Shown: positions 46,600 through 55,121, counted from the first letter of the stretch. The stretch: 64,000 nt of DNA from an uncultured virus (IMG/VR IMGVR_UViG_3300042392_001468) (IMGVR_UViG_3300042392_001468); one strand, 5' to 3'. Numbers and translations: made by a program. Notes: generated by a model not told the origin, from the sequence alone.

Positions 46600-46833
46600 C
46601 TAGTACCGGGAACCTTCGTGAAAACTCTCCAGGATCGCCTCTATGCGCTTGGCAGGCACTCCCTGCTTCCGTGCGTGAGTGATAGCAGCAGCCACAGCGT
46701 CCTCGCAGTCGTGGTATTGGATTCGGGCTGACTCCCTTTTGGAGAGGGACCGGGTAAGTCTGACAATCCACGAATCAAACTCGCGGCCCTCCACAAACTC
46801 CTTGCCGTCATTGTTCTTGATCGTCATAGCCAC
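46600..46833 (-). CDS. hypothetical protein
   Basis: ORF at the head of the leftward operon. Confidence 0.6.
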   Translation of the reverse strand: MAMTIKNNDGKEFVEGREFDSWIVRLTRSLSKRESARIQYHDCEDAVAAAITHARKQGVPAKRIEAILESFHEGSRY

Positions 46834-47015
46834 AACTTCCTGGTCAGGTGTTTCCAGATTCTAGATCGAATAGGAACCCTACGACACTCAGGACACAAGG
46901 CACCCCAATAACGCTTTCCTATTTGGTCGTACCGAATGTAGCGCCGGTCAACGCGGTTCTGGCACCCATCGCATTTCAGGTGGCTAGAAGGAAATCTCGG
47001 GGGAATGTCAAGCAC
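46824..47015 (-). CDS. small Zn-finger hypothetical protein
   Basis: CDGC...CPEC. Confidence 0.5.
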   Translation of the reverse strand: MLDIPPRFPSSHLKCDGCQNRVDRRYIRYDQIGKRYWGALCPECRRVPIRSRIWKHLTRKLWL

Positions 47016-47099
47016 CTACTCATCCTAATCCCTCTGTCAAGAGTATTCACAGGTCGGCTGCCGGGAGTTTGTCAGGTACGCCTTCCCTGTTCATCTTTA

Positions 47100-47800
47100 G
47101 GGGGCATCTAGTGGGCCTGGCAGTAAAAGCGTTTCCCCGTGTTTCTGGAGGCTATCTGGCTCTAGCAAGCCAAGTAGGGCCGGGGAGAAAGGGCTGCCGG
47201 GTTTTCAGGGTTAGTTTCCTGTTCTTGGCTCTAGTCCTACCTGTTTTGGCTTGTAGCCTAGTGATCGGGTAGTGATCTAGCCCGTGAGGGGGGTTTTTGT
47301 GCTGTTGGTACCCATATATAAACATCCATACATCACATCACTTCACCGCCTCCCCTCCCCTTCTGCCTACCTGTGAACATGTGCGTACTAGCACGAGGAT
47401 GGACCCCCGGACACCTAGTTCACGATGAAACAAGCCGTACAGATAGCCTAACCTCGAGGCCAGCAAGCCTAGTCCTGATGCCAGATGCCGGGCACCTAGT
47501 CGCCTGAGTGAATGAGTAGGTGAGAGGGTTTACCCTAGTCAACAAGCCACCTAGCTCAGCCACCTAGCTCAGCCAACAGGCGACCATGCCACCTAGCACT
47601 AGCCCCTAGTCCCTAGTGAGTGAGAGCAGGTAGAGAGGGAAGCCCGCGAAGTCAGGCAGCCAAGCCAGGCCGAGCCGACCTAGTGCTATCTAACCCTCAA
47701 GGATGCCGACCCGATGCCAGCCACCACGCCACCTAGCGAACGCAGCCGAGCCGCTGCCAGGAGCGCAGAGAATGGACACCCAAGCCCCTAGCACTACAGG
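47100..47800. other. non-coding divergence region with CTAG cluster and strand-skew switch (candidate genome end / pac / ori)
   Basis: 19 CTAG in about 690 bp; + strand G/T-rich left of about 47310 and A/C-rich right of it; tandem AGCCACCTAGCTC repeat 47545-47575. Confidence 0.55.
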
Positions 47801-47889
47801 AGCAGGAGCAGGAGGGAAGCCCGGAAGCCCGCGCCATTATTCGCCGCAGATGCCCGAGCCGATGCCCGCAGATTCTTTGCTCCCAGCCC

Positions 47890-47918
47890 TTGACAAATGC
47901 CAGCGGAGGGTATACTTT
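47890..47918 (+). promoter_or_regulatory. sigma70/SigA-type early promoter, leaderless transcript
   Basis: TTGACA (47890) - 17 nt - TACTTT (47913) - 6 nt - ATG (47925). Confidence 0.75.
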
Positions 47919-47924
47919 CCCCGC

Positions 47925-48569
47925 ATGAGTCAGACAACGACAGACACCGCCGCCCCAGCCATGCACAAAACCACCACAGGAGGAACCGCACCGATGCCCG
48001 CACTATATGGACGAAAGAACGGTGGCAAATGGCACCGCGTCAGCACCGACGCAACCCACCGCGCCCACTGCAACCAGCGCAACCAGGCGACCACCACCAG
48101 CACCGAGCGCCCGACCGCCAACCTTTGCGGCCAATGTTTCAAGACCGCACAAGACACCACAGCCGCCCAGGACAGCAAGCACCTCGAGGAACTTTGGACC
48201 GAGAACGACCGCAAGCACCAAGCAACGACAGACGAAGGAGCCGCAAGAATGGACAGCAAGCCCGACGAATGGCAGCCCAGAGCCGCCACCAAAGCAGAAA
48301 CCGCCAAGCACCTAGCAGACAACGAAGCCCGGAGGATGGACACCGCAGCGGACCCCGCTTGGATGAAAAACCAAATCTATGTAGTGGAAGCCCGCCCGCA
48401 CCACGACGCACCGCACGACGGAGCGACTTTGACCCATTGGACCTACCACGCCAAGCAGATCACAGACGCACGGATGCGGAAGCACCACAAGGACCGAGGC
48501 GTGAAGTTCTACGGATACCGTGAAGCCGAAGCCGAAGCCAGCCGCGCCAACCGCAGCCAGGAGGCATAA
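47925..48569 (+). CDS. first early protein, hypothetical
   Basis: ATG at the predicted +1; KWH...HC...LC.QC Zn-like motif. Confidence 0.65.
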   Translation: MSQTTTDTAAPAMHKTTTGGTAPMPALYGRKNGGKWHRVSTDATHRAHCNQRNQATTTSTERPTANLCGQCFKTAQDTTAAQDSKHLEELWTENDRKHQATTDEGAARMDSKPDEWQPRAATKAETAKHLADNEARRMDTAADPAWMKNQIYVVEARPHHDAPHDGATLTHWTYHAKQITDARMRKHHKDRGVKFYGYREAEAEASRANRSQEA

Positions 48570-48571
48570 GA

Positions 48572-48781
48572 ATGGACAGCGCCTACGGATACACGCCCGC
48601 ATACACGACGCAAGCCGCCCGCGATGCGTTCAGGTGGCAAGGGAAGCGATACGCCGACCACATAGAGCAAAGCGCCCTAGAGATGGCCGCCCGATTCAAA
48701 GCCCGAGGACAGCACGACGAAGCCCGGAAGATGGTAACGCGCACCATTGGCGAAGCCCTACAGGGTAACGACGGAATCTAA
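48572..48781 (+). CDS. early hypothetical protein
   Basis: AGGAGG RBS. Confidence 0.6.
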   Translation: MDSAYGYTPAYTTQAARDAFRWQGKRYADHIEQSALEMAARFKARGQHDEARKMVTRTIGEALQGNDGI

Positions 48782-48884
48782 ACCGCAGCCAGGCGACAGG
48801 GAGAAAGACCCCGAGCGGATCACGCCCGCAGTCGCCCTTGCCCATACCGGGCAGACCAAACCACCACAACGCAAGGATGGACAC

Positions 48885-49994
48885 ATGAGCGCAAGCACCA
48901 AACAGATCAAAGAAGCCGTGGCAATGGCCCGGAAGTTCGAGAAAGAATTCGGACCAAGCACCAGCAGCACCGACCCGGGCACCATTGCCCACATGAACAG
49001 CCGAGGAATTACAGTTTCACACGGCCAGAATTGGCTGCGGATAAAGTTTGCCGAGCCTATCGGCGGACTGTGGGAAGTACCGCAGCCCGTTCGCCTCGAG
49101 GATGCCGCGAAGGTAGCCGGAGAATGGACAGCGAAGGACACGCCGAAAGCCCACGCGACCCCGGGCGGAGGATGGACAGCCGCAGGGATTGAGTTCCCGC
49201 CCGCAGAAGCGAGCGATACCAGCGACCCGACCACGGAAGCCAGGACGCAGGGAGCAGCAACCTACGCAACCGCAGACCTGCACGACCTTGCAGCGAAGGT
49301 AGCGAGCAAGGACGATATGCGCCCCGTTCTGACAGGCGTAAGGTTCGAGCCTGATGCAATGGTGGCGACGGACAGTTACAGGCTTGGAGTCATTACCGCA
49401 GATGGCCCGAGCGCAGGCATAACCGTGCCCGGAGCAGCCGTAAGGATCGTGACCGAGAAGGCCGGAGAATGGACAGCACTACGGACGGAGCCGGAAGCCG
49501 ACCCCGAGAAGCCGGGCACCGTTGCCGGACTTGAGACAGTCACCAAAGCGGGCAACAGCGTAACGGTTGAAGTCGGAGCAATCAGCGGGCAGTTCCCGAA
49601 TTACACGCAACTATTCCCAGAGTATTACGAGTGCAGCGCCAGGATGGACACCGCCGCAGCACTAGCCGCAGCGAAGAAGGTCAAGAGATGGGCAGCGAAT
49701 AACAAGCCCGCAGTGATCGAGTGGAGCGCCGGAGCCGTGACCCTCGAGTTTCCGAACGAGAACGGCCCGAGCGTAAAGCCGCAGCCAATCACCAACGGAA
49801 GCCCGCCCAGGTATCAAGTAAGACAGGACGGGGACGAGTTCCCGAGGATCGGCATAAACCCCGAATTCTTGCACGACGGCCTCGAGTTCACCGGAGAAAA
49901 TGCCACGCTCGAGGCCACCGGCCCGCTTCGCCCCGTAAATCTCAACAGCGGAAACCGCCGCTATCTTCTGATGCCCGTAAGGATCGGAGCATGA
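48885..49994 (+). CDS. truncated DNA polymerase III beta-clamp-like protein (domains II-III) with unrelated N-terminus
   Basis: ASKDDMRPVLTGV, VATDSYRL, G.FPNY..L.P, IG.NP.FL.DGL, YLLMPVR. Confidence 0.85.
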   Translation: MSASTKQIKEAVAMARKFEKEFGPSTSSTDPGTIAHMNSRGITVSHGQNWLRIKFAEPIGGLWEVPQPVRLEDAAKVAGEWTAKDTPKAHATPGGGWTAAGIEFPPAEASDTSDPTTEARTQGAATYATADLHDLAAKVASKDDMRPVLTGVRFEPDAMVATDSYRLGVITADGPSAGITVPGAAVRIVTEKAGEWTALRTEPEADPEKPGTVAGLETVTKAGNSVTVEVGAISGQFPNYTQLFPEYYECSARMDTAAALAAAKKVKRWAANNKPAVIEWSAGAVTLEFPNENGPSVKPQPITNGSPPRYQVRQDGDEFPRIGINPEFLHDGLEFTGENATLEATGPLRPVNLNSGNRRYLLMPVRIGA

Positions 49995-50212
49995 GAAACC
50001 CGGGCAGATTCTACGCAGCCTGCACAGTTGCCGTATCGGTTGCGATGTTCGCAGCCGTTCAATTCGACGGATGGAAGGATGGACAAAGCCAGCCCAGAAC
50101 AGCGGAAGAAATAGCCCGCGCACATGAGCAGCACGAACAAGCCCGCGAGGGAATCGAAGAAGCCGCCCGCGCCGCAATGAGCGCCGGGCAGTACCCGACA
50201 GGAGGAAAGTAA
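49991..50212 (+). CDS. small membrane/exported protein
   Basis: ATGA overlap; hydrophobic N-terminus. Confidence 0.55.
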   Translation: MRNPGRFYAACTVAVSVAMFAAVQFDGWKDGQSQPRTAEEIARAHEQHEQAREGIEEAARAAMSAGQYPTGGK

Positions 50213-50213
50213 A

Positions 50214-50906
50214 ATGGACACCTACAAAAGCGACAAATACCCCGGACTGGTGGCAATAGCCCACCCGGACGAGGACACAATTAGCCCCATACGCGAAGCA
50301 GTTTGCCGAGGGATTCAGATAGTGAGCCTCGAGCCCCGGGCAGTTTGGTGGCCGGAAGCGGAAACCGGGCACCTCGAGATTGAGTGCCCGCAATGCGACG
50401 GATTCGGCGGAACCGCATGGGACAGAACCGGAGGAATGGCCCAGAGTTGCGCCGATTGTGACGAAAGCGGATACCGCGAAGCCAGGACCGGCCCGGAATG
50501 GAGCCAAGACAACAAAACCGGACCCGCCCTGCCGTTCAGGATGAACTACAGCACGAGTCAGCCATGGATTCAATCGTGCGAATGGAACGAGAACCCGGAC
50601 GGAATCCTAGCTATTACGGACCCGGACGAGTTCCCAGACTACGAGGACGGCCTTAAGTGCCTTGAGGGAGAAATAACCCACGAAACCACCTACCTGCAAG
50701 AGGGTGCCTATTGGATCGAAGTAAAGCCCGACCCCGAAAGCGATAACCCCGCGCCCGACCTGCCCTATATGTCAGTTGGAGGCTATATCGGGTTCGGCCT
50801 CGAGGATGAAGCCGACGAACTACTGAGCGAAGCCTACGCACAAGCAGAAGCCGAGCGCCAGGAGCAAGCAGCAATGGCAGCCCGCGACATTGTCACCACC
50901 AACTAA
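50214..50906 (+). CDS. acidic early protein with a DnaJ-type Zn finger
   Basis: AGGAGG RBS; CPQCDGFG...CADCDESG. Confidence 0.7.
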   Translation: MDTYKSDKYPGLVAIAHPDEDTISPIREAVCRGIQIVSLEPRAVWWPEAETGHLEIECPQCDGFGGTAWDRTGGMAQSCADCDESGYREARTGPEWSQDNKTGPALPFRMNYSTSQPWIQSCEWNENPDGILAITDPDEFPDYEDGLKCLEGEITHETTYLQEGAYWIEVKPDPESDNPAPDLPYMSVGGYIGFGLEDEADELLSEAYAQAEAERQEQAAMAARDIVTTN

Positions 50907-50934
50907 CCACCACGCACCAAAGGAGAATGGACAG

Positions 50935-51264
50935 ATGAAACTCACCAAAGACGAACAGGAAGCCCGCGACCACCTTGCAGGGATTATCAGCCCGGAGGAA
51001 AACCTAACCATTGAAGTGCAATACGCGGGCAGCGTTAGTTATTCCCGCGTGTTCAGAGTGACGCAAGGCTATGGGTTCGGCCCGGAAGTTCAGGAAATAA
51101 CCACATGGGTTGGAAGAGCAATTGGAAACCGGAGCCGAGAAACCAAAACCCAGAAGGGAATCAGACAGCCGCAAGGAGGCTATTGCCCCGCCGTGCAAAT
51201 CTATGAAGGGTTGCGCCACAGACTAGGGCAGCCGAACGAACAGAAGTTCATGCAGAGGATATGA
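50935..51264 (+). CDS. early hypothetical protein
   Basis: AAGGAG RBS; MKLTK start. Confidence 0.7.
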   Translation: MKLTKDEQEARDHLAGIISPEENLTIEVQYAGSVSYSRVFRVTQGYGFGPEVQEITTWVGRAIGNRSRETKTQKGIRQPQGGYCPAVQIYEGLRHRLGQPNEQKFMQRI

Positions 51265-51373
51265 ACATGGCAACCACCACGACCACACCAGCGCCAAGGA
51301 TGGACACCGCCGCAGACTTGCGGGCACAGTTCTTCGCTTGGCTTATGTCTCAGCCCCCAGGAGGGAAAACACA

Positions 51374-51655
51374 ATGAGCGGCCCGGAAATCAAGCCCTAC
51401 CACGCCGGAAAGGTATGGGAATACAGCGATGCAATTGGAGTCCGGCATATAGGCCACTTTGAAGGCTTCTCAGATCATGGCGGAACCGATGTGCCCTATT
51501 TTTTCAGGGACAGCGAGAGCGGAGCGTTATCAGTAGTGAGTGGAGCGAGGCTAAAAGAGGCCCGCGCCATTCATGGCGTAACCGGCGACATAAAATCAGA
51601 CGACCCGATCCGGCGAGCAGTTGCCAGAATGGACGAAGCGAGGGAGGCACAATGA
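51374..51655 (+). CDS. early hypothetical protein
   Basis: GGAGG RBS. Confidence 0.65.
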   Translation: MSGPEIKPYHAGKVWEYSDAIGVRHIGHFEGFSDHGGTDVPYFFRDSESGALSVVSGARLKEARAIHGVTGDIKSDDPIRRAVARMDEAREAQ

Positions 51656-51966
51656 CCAAATGGACGGTTTACATATCGTTCACCGGATGCTTGCCAGAAG
51701 GAGCCGAGCCGCCGCCAATCTTCGAGAGTTACGAGGATGCCCGCAGCTATTGGACCGACGAAGCAGCCGCAGAAATAGACGGCCTCACAGAATGGGCAGA
51801 ATATGACGATGACAAAGGAGCGAACGCCCAAGAGGATGCCCGAACCCTCGAGGAAGCAAGAGAAGCCGAGGAAATGCGAAGCCCGCACGGACCCCGGAGC
51901 CTTTACCTTCCACGCGGAGCCGACCTAATACTCGAGGAAATGGAGCAAGAATGGACACACCACTAA
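51652..51966 (+). CDS. acidic early hypothetical protein
   Basis: ATGA overlap; GCLPE...FES..DA motif. Confidence 0.65.
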   Translation: MTKWTVYISFTGCLPEGAEPPPIFESYEDARSYWTDEAAAEIDGLTEWAEYDDDKGANAQEDARTLEEAREAEEMRSPHGPRSLYLPRGADLILEEMEQEWTHH

Positions 51967-52292
51967 AACGACTCATTGCGGATGGCTCCCGAACCATTGA
52001 ACAGCGCCGGGCAGCCTTCCAAGAGTTCAACAGACAGCAGCAGAAATGCGACAAGTGCCAAACCCCGGGCACCTACCGTGCAGGCAGATGCTCAGGCTGC
52101 ATTACGGAGTCCCAAGACCAGGAGCGAGCCGCCCGGATTATGTCCGACGCGGGCGACCTAGTAAACGCGGCTCGGGAGATCCTCGAGCAGATACCCGGAG
52201 AATGGACAGGCGACGAATGCGGAAGGATCGAAAGCGAAATAGCAGGCACCGCCCGCAACCTACACGCAAAAGCAGCGATGCCCGATGCTTGA
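51951..52292 (+). CDS. early hypothetical protein with CxxC pairs
   Basis: Overlapping ORF chain. Confidence 0.6.
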   Translation: MDTPLKRLIADGSRTIEQRRAAFQEFNRQQQKCDKCQTPGTYRAGRCSGCITESQDQERAARIMSDAGDLVNAAREILEQIPGEWTGDECGRIESEIAGTARNLHAKAAMPDA

Positions 52293-52473
52293 GCACACAT
52301 GCACACCCGACAGAGACAACGGAGGAAGGAATTTAGACGGATGCGAAGCATGCAGCCGCGAAGCCTTCCCCGCATGGATGAGCAGCCCGCGAACGGATGC
52401 GGAGCGAAGAGCGACAGCCCGGTTATTGGCAGAAGTAGATGCACAGATCAGGCAGGAGCGGTCCAATGCTTGA
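52285..52473 (+). CDS. small hypothetical protein
   Basis: Overlapping ORF chain. Confidence 0.5.
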   Translation: MLEHTCTPDRDNGGRNLDGCEACSREAFPAWMSSPRTDAERRATARLLAEVDAQIRQERSNA

Positions 52474-52625
52474 CCTATTGCTAGGAAGCACGGTCGGTCA
52501 ATTGATAGGTGCCCTAATTATTTTCCACCTAGTTATTTGGATCGGAGAACGCCGCCAAGAGGTCAAGAACACGCAGCGGGCACTAGACCTGTGGAGGAAT
52601 GATCGGGAAAACTAAACCGAGACAA

Positions 52626-53069
52626 TCAAAAGCAATGGAATGGGTCGCCGGTATCGGTGGCCCGTTCTATTTGCACGACCGTCCGGCCAGGACCGCCCCA
52701 AGACTTAGCAGCCGCAAGAATGGACACCTGCCTATCATCACCGAACACGCAACCGGAAAGACAATCTAGCGCCCCCTTCGAATAATTATCTACATCAGGA
52801 CCGGGGACCGGATGCGCCTCGAGCTTCCCCCCCTTTACCTGCCCTGCATTGCGCCCAGTCCCGAAGTGCGACTTAGGCCGAGGGACCACGAACCCGAGCC
52901 GAACCAACAGCAGCCCCTCGAGTGGCTCAGAGTCCCAGAGAGCAGCGACGGCAGCCCGCGCCGCCGGTAAATAATCCCCGTAGCGCCCAGGGTAATAGGT
53001 GGCGTATCGCGTAACCTTCGGACGGACTGCCGCCACAGGCTCTAGCGGAATGTCAAACGATGCCAGCAA
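52626..53069 (-). CDS. rusA: RusA-family Holliday junction resolvase
   Basis: RPKSH...PDVDN..K..LD.L....F.DDRQV. Confidence 0.92.
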   Translation of the reverse strand: MLASFDIPLEPVAAVRPKVTRYATYYPGRYGDYLPAARAAVAALWDSEPLEGLLLVRLGFVVPRPKSHFGTGRNAGQVKGGKLEAHPVPGPDVDNYSKGALDCLSGCVFGDDRQVSILAAAKSWGGPGRTVVQIERATDTGDPFHCF

Positions 53070-53301
53070 GCTCAGGCTCCCCAGCCTCGAGAATCAATGC
53101 ATCGAGTTCGGAGCGGTTGATATTGAATTGGCGAACGGTTGCCTCCCTCGAGAGCGAATCTGCCAAGTGCCACAGGATGCGGTCAACATGTTCGGCCCTC
53201 TCATGCCAGGATCGGGAAGTCATGCAGGTTAGCATCAGCGGCCCGGATTCTGTCAGCGAGTCGAAAAGGTCAGCCCGCCTTGCGGTCATGCCGTTAGCCA
53301 C
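53053..53301 (-). CDS. hypothetical protein
   Basis: Overlaps the rusA start. Confidence 0.55.
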   Translation of the reverse strand: MANGMTARRADLFDSLTESGPLMLTCMTSRSWHERAEHVDRILWHLADSLSREATVRQFNINRSELDALILEAGEPELAGIV

Positions 53302-53321
53302 GATTGTCCATTCTTACGACC

Positions 53322-53355
53322 CAACCATGATTTGCCTCAACCATGATTTGCCTCA
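53322..53355 (+). repeat. 16-bp tandem direct repeat (CAACCATGATTTGCCT)x2
   Basis: Intergenic, perfect copies. Confidence 0.9.
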
Positions 53356-53357
53356 TT

Positions 53358-53594
53358 TCAAATCTGCCCCGACTTGCGACCCTTGCTCATGTGGCAAGAC
53401 CGGCATAGGGTCTGCATGTTTTTGGAACTCATGTTTGCCGTGTTGCCGTCTTTGTGATCGCGGTGCGCTCCCCTGCCTGATACAGATTTACCGCATTTGG
53501 CACAGCGAGAAGCCGCTTTGGATGCGCGTTGCCAACGCTTCCAACGACCCCACTTAGACAGCTTGCTTACGGGCATCTTTTTTCCCATGCCCAC
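53358..53594 (-). CDS. small HNH endonuclease
   Basis: CAKCG...HRDHKDGN..N...N..TLCRSCH. Confidence 0.8.
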   Translation of the reverse strand: MGMGKKMPVSKLSKWGRWKRWQRASKAASRCAKCGKSVSGRGAHRDHKDGNTANMSSKNMQTLCRSCHMSKGRKSGQI

Positions 53595-53631
53595 AGGGTA
53601 CCGTAAAGGCTAGATTAGATTGCCCGCAAAT

Positions 53632-53826
53632 TCAACCTTTTGACGGCCAGAGCCAATCCCTGCCTTGCTCAAGTTTTTCAATAGTTGGCTCTAAGTCTCG
53701 GGCCAACGCCCTTCCCTGTTCGTAGTGAAGTTTTTCTTCCAATGCCTTGATCTCTCCCAGGGATACCCAGAATCCTACGATGAAGCCAGCGATCAGACCT
53801 ATGAACAATGCCAGCAAAATAACCAT
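53632..53826 (-). CDS. small membrane protein
   Basis: N-terminal TM helix; TAATG coupling. Confidence 0.65.
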   Translation of the reverse strand: MVILLALFIGLIAGFIVGFWVSLGEIKALEEKLHYEQGRALARDLEPTIEKLEQGRDWLWPSKG

Positions 53827-54161
53827 TAGAACGGTATGTCACTTTCTGGCACCGGAGCGTACTCAGCATCTTCGTATCGGATGAAGTGCTTGGAGCGCCA
53901 TTCTTCGGTTTGTTTGTCTTTCCACGCTGCCCGCTCGAGGGCACCAGTCACTTTGACCGGGACATTGAGCGGTATGTCTTGAAGTTCATGCGCTTTTTTG
54001 CCGACCGCTTCTACATCTACCCACATACGGACTTCCTTATCGCCCCGCTGTGCGGTAAAGGTAAGGGATGCTGTGGCTAGTTCGGTGCTTCCCGTTGGTC
54101 GGTCTATGGATCGGATGCTTGGCTCTTTGTCAAAGGTGCCCGCGATTTCAACCTTGTTCAT
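53826..54161 (-). CDS. ssb: single-stranded DNA-binding protein
   Basis: MNKV.I.G...P...V.V.G.L...W; acidic DIPF tail. Confidence 0.88.
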   Translation of the reverse strand: MNKVEIAGTFDKEPSIRSIDRPTGSTELATASLTFTAQRGDKEVRMWVDVEAVGKKAHELQDIPLNVPVKVTGALERAAWKDKQTEEWRSKHFIRYEDAEYAPVPESDIPF

Positions 54162-54333
54162 TGTTCTCCTTCTCGTTCTCGTAAATGGCTAGGCTAAGGT
54201 CTGTTACCAAGTCACGCGCTTCATCGGGCGTGAAGGTCAGGTATGCGCGGTCGGCGTTCAAGTTCTCGGGCACTTCCATAATGACAATCGGGCGACTGGC
54301 AGGACCGTTTCTAAAAACCGTGTATGGCTTCAT
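54148..54333 (-). CDS. hypothetical protein
   Basis: Coupled ORF; FTPDEAR.L motif. Confidence 0.6.
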   Translation of the reverse strand: MKPYTVFRNGPASRPIVIMEVPENLNADRAYLTFTPDEARDLVTDLSLAIYENEKENNEQG

Positions 54334-55121
54334 TTTTTCCTTCCCAGGGGGTTTCTTGCCTTCTGTAGTTCGGTAGTACGGTAGAACCGCATGACTTCCT
54401 CAAAAGCCTTGGGTTCCATGTAGTTCGGACGAAAGGTGTACGGCTTGCCCTTGTCTTTGGGCGGGCCTATTGACACTACTGCCGCACCCTCAGTCTCGAT
54501 GCCCCAACGCTCACAGGCAAGTTGGTACGCGCACAGTTGGTAAAGGTGCTGTTCGTACACGGCTTTCTGCTTGTTGGTCTTGAAGTCAAACAGGATTCGC
54601 TTGCCTGTTAGATCGTCGCCCCTGGCACCCTTTGGCCGGGCTGTGACTTTGCCAATGGCATCGAAGGTGCCCGCGTACCCGAGTTCAGGATGGACAATCC
54701 TTACTTCGGCTTCCTCAAATACCGGCTGGTAGTCAAGCATCCATTCGGCAAACGACTGAGCGTACAAAGCGTGTTCGGGGTTGTCGAAATCTGACACGCT
54801 AAGAATGTCGCCAGTACGAATCATGGACTCAATAGCAAGGTGGAGGGCAGAACCGCGATCTCCGCCTTCTTTCTTTTCATCCTCGCAGGTAAGCCCGGAA
54901 TCTCGGACCATCTGCTTGAGTTCCGCCATGTTGTCGGGCAACGATCCTGTTTGTTCATAGATCGTCAGCGCGGCCTTCTGTCCCACGCCTTCTGCCCACG
55001 GTGCCAGGTACGGCGGCAGAACCTTGTGGATTACATCGGTGACGCGCATAAAGTCCTCACCGTTGTAGAGGTAGCACTTGCCGTCCTGACTGAGTTCTAT
55101 CTGATTGAGTTCGGGGATCAT
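54330..55121 (-). CDS. PD-(D/E)xK exonuclease (RecB/Cas4-like)
   Basis: RG..LH...E......GYAGTFD...DFKT...QL.AY. Confidence 0.88.
   Translation of the reverse strand: MIPELNQIELSQDGKCYLYNGEDFMRVTDVIHKVLPPYLAPWAEGVGQKAALTIYEQTGSLPDNMAELKQMVRDSGLTCEDEKKEGGDRGSALHLAIESMIRTGDILSVSDFDNPEHALYAQSFAEWMLDYQPVFEEAEVRIVHPELGYAGTFDAIGKVTARPKGARGDDLTGKRILFDFKTNKQKAVYEQHLYQLCAYQLACERWGIETEGAAVVSIGPPKDKGKPYTFRPNYMEPKAFEEVMRFYRTTELQKARNPLGRKK

Larger units (their letters stand above)
47769..54696 (+). repeat. dispersed polarized motif AGRATGGACA (16 copies on +, 1 on -)
   Basis: Starts at 47769, 48246, 48333, 48569, 48874, 49121, 49169, 49466, 49641, 50076, 50924, 51297, 51948, 52199, 52717, 54687; inverted copy 53305-53314. 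Confidence 0.92.

Noticed and set aside
47703..47924. N-terminal extension of the first early ORF
   Set aside because: Lies upstream of and across the TTGACA/TACTTT promoter; ATG 47925 fits a leaderless start
47640..51885. 14 copies of AAGCCCG
   Set aside because: Also frequent elsewhere in the right-hand genome and largely explained by Glu-Ala-Arg / Lys-Pro codons on a T-poor strand; needs a formal test
47769..52726. CRISPR array or mini-array explanation for the repeats
   Set aside because: Repeat is only 10 bp, spacing is irregular (48-850 bp), copies lie within ORFs, and there is no cas operon
54330..55121. cas4 as part of a CRISPR system
   Set aside because: Stand-alone phage exonuclease in a recombination cluster; no Fe-S cysteine set and no array
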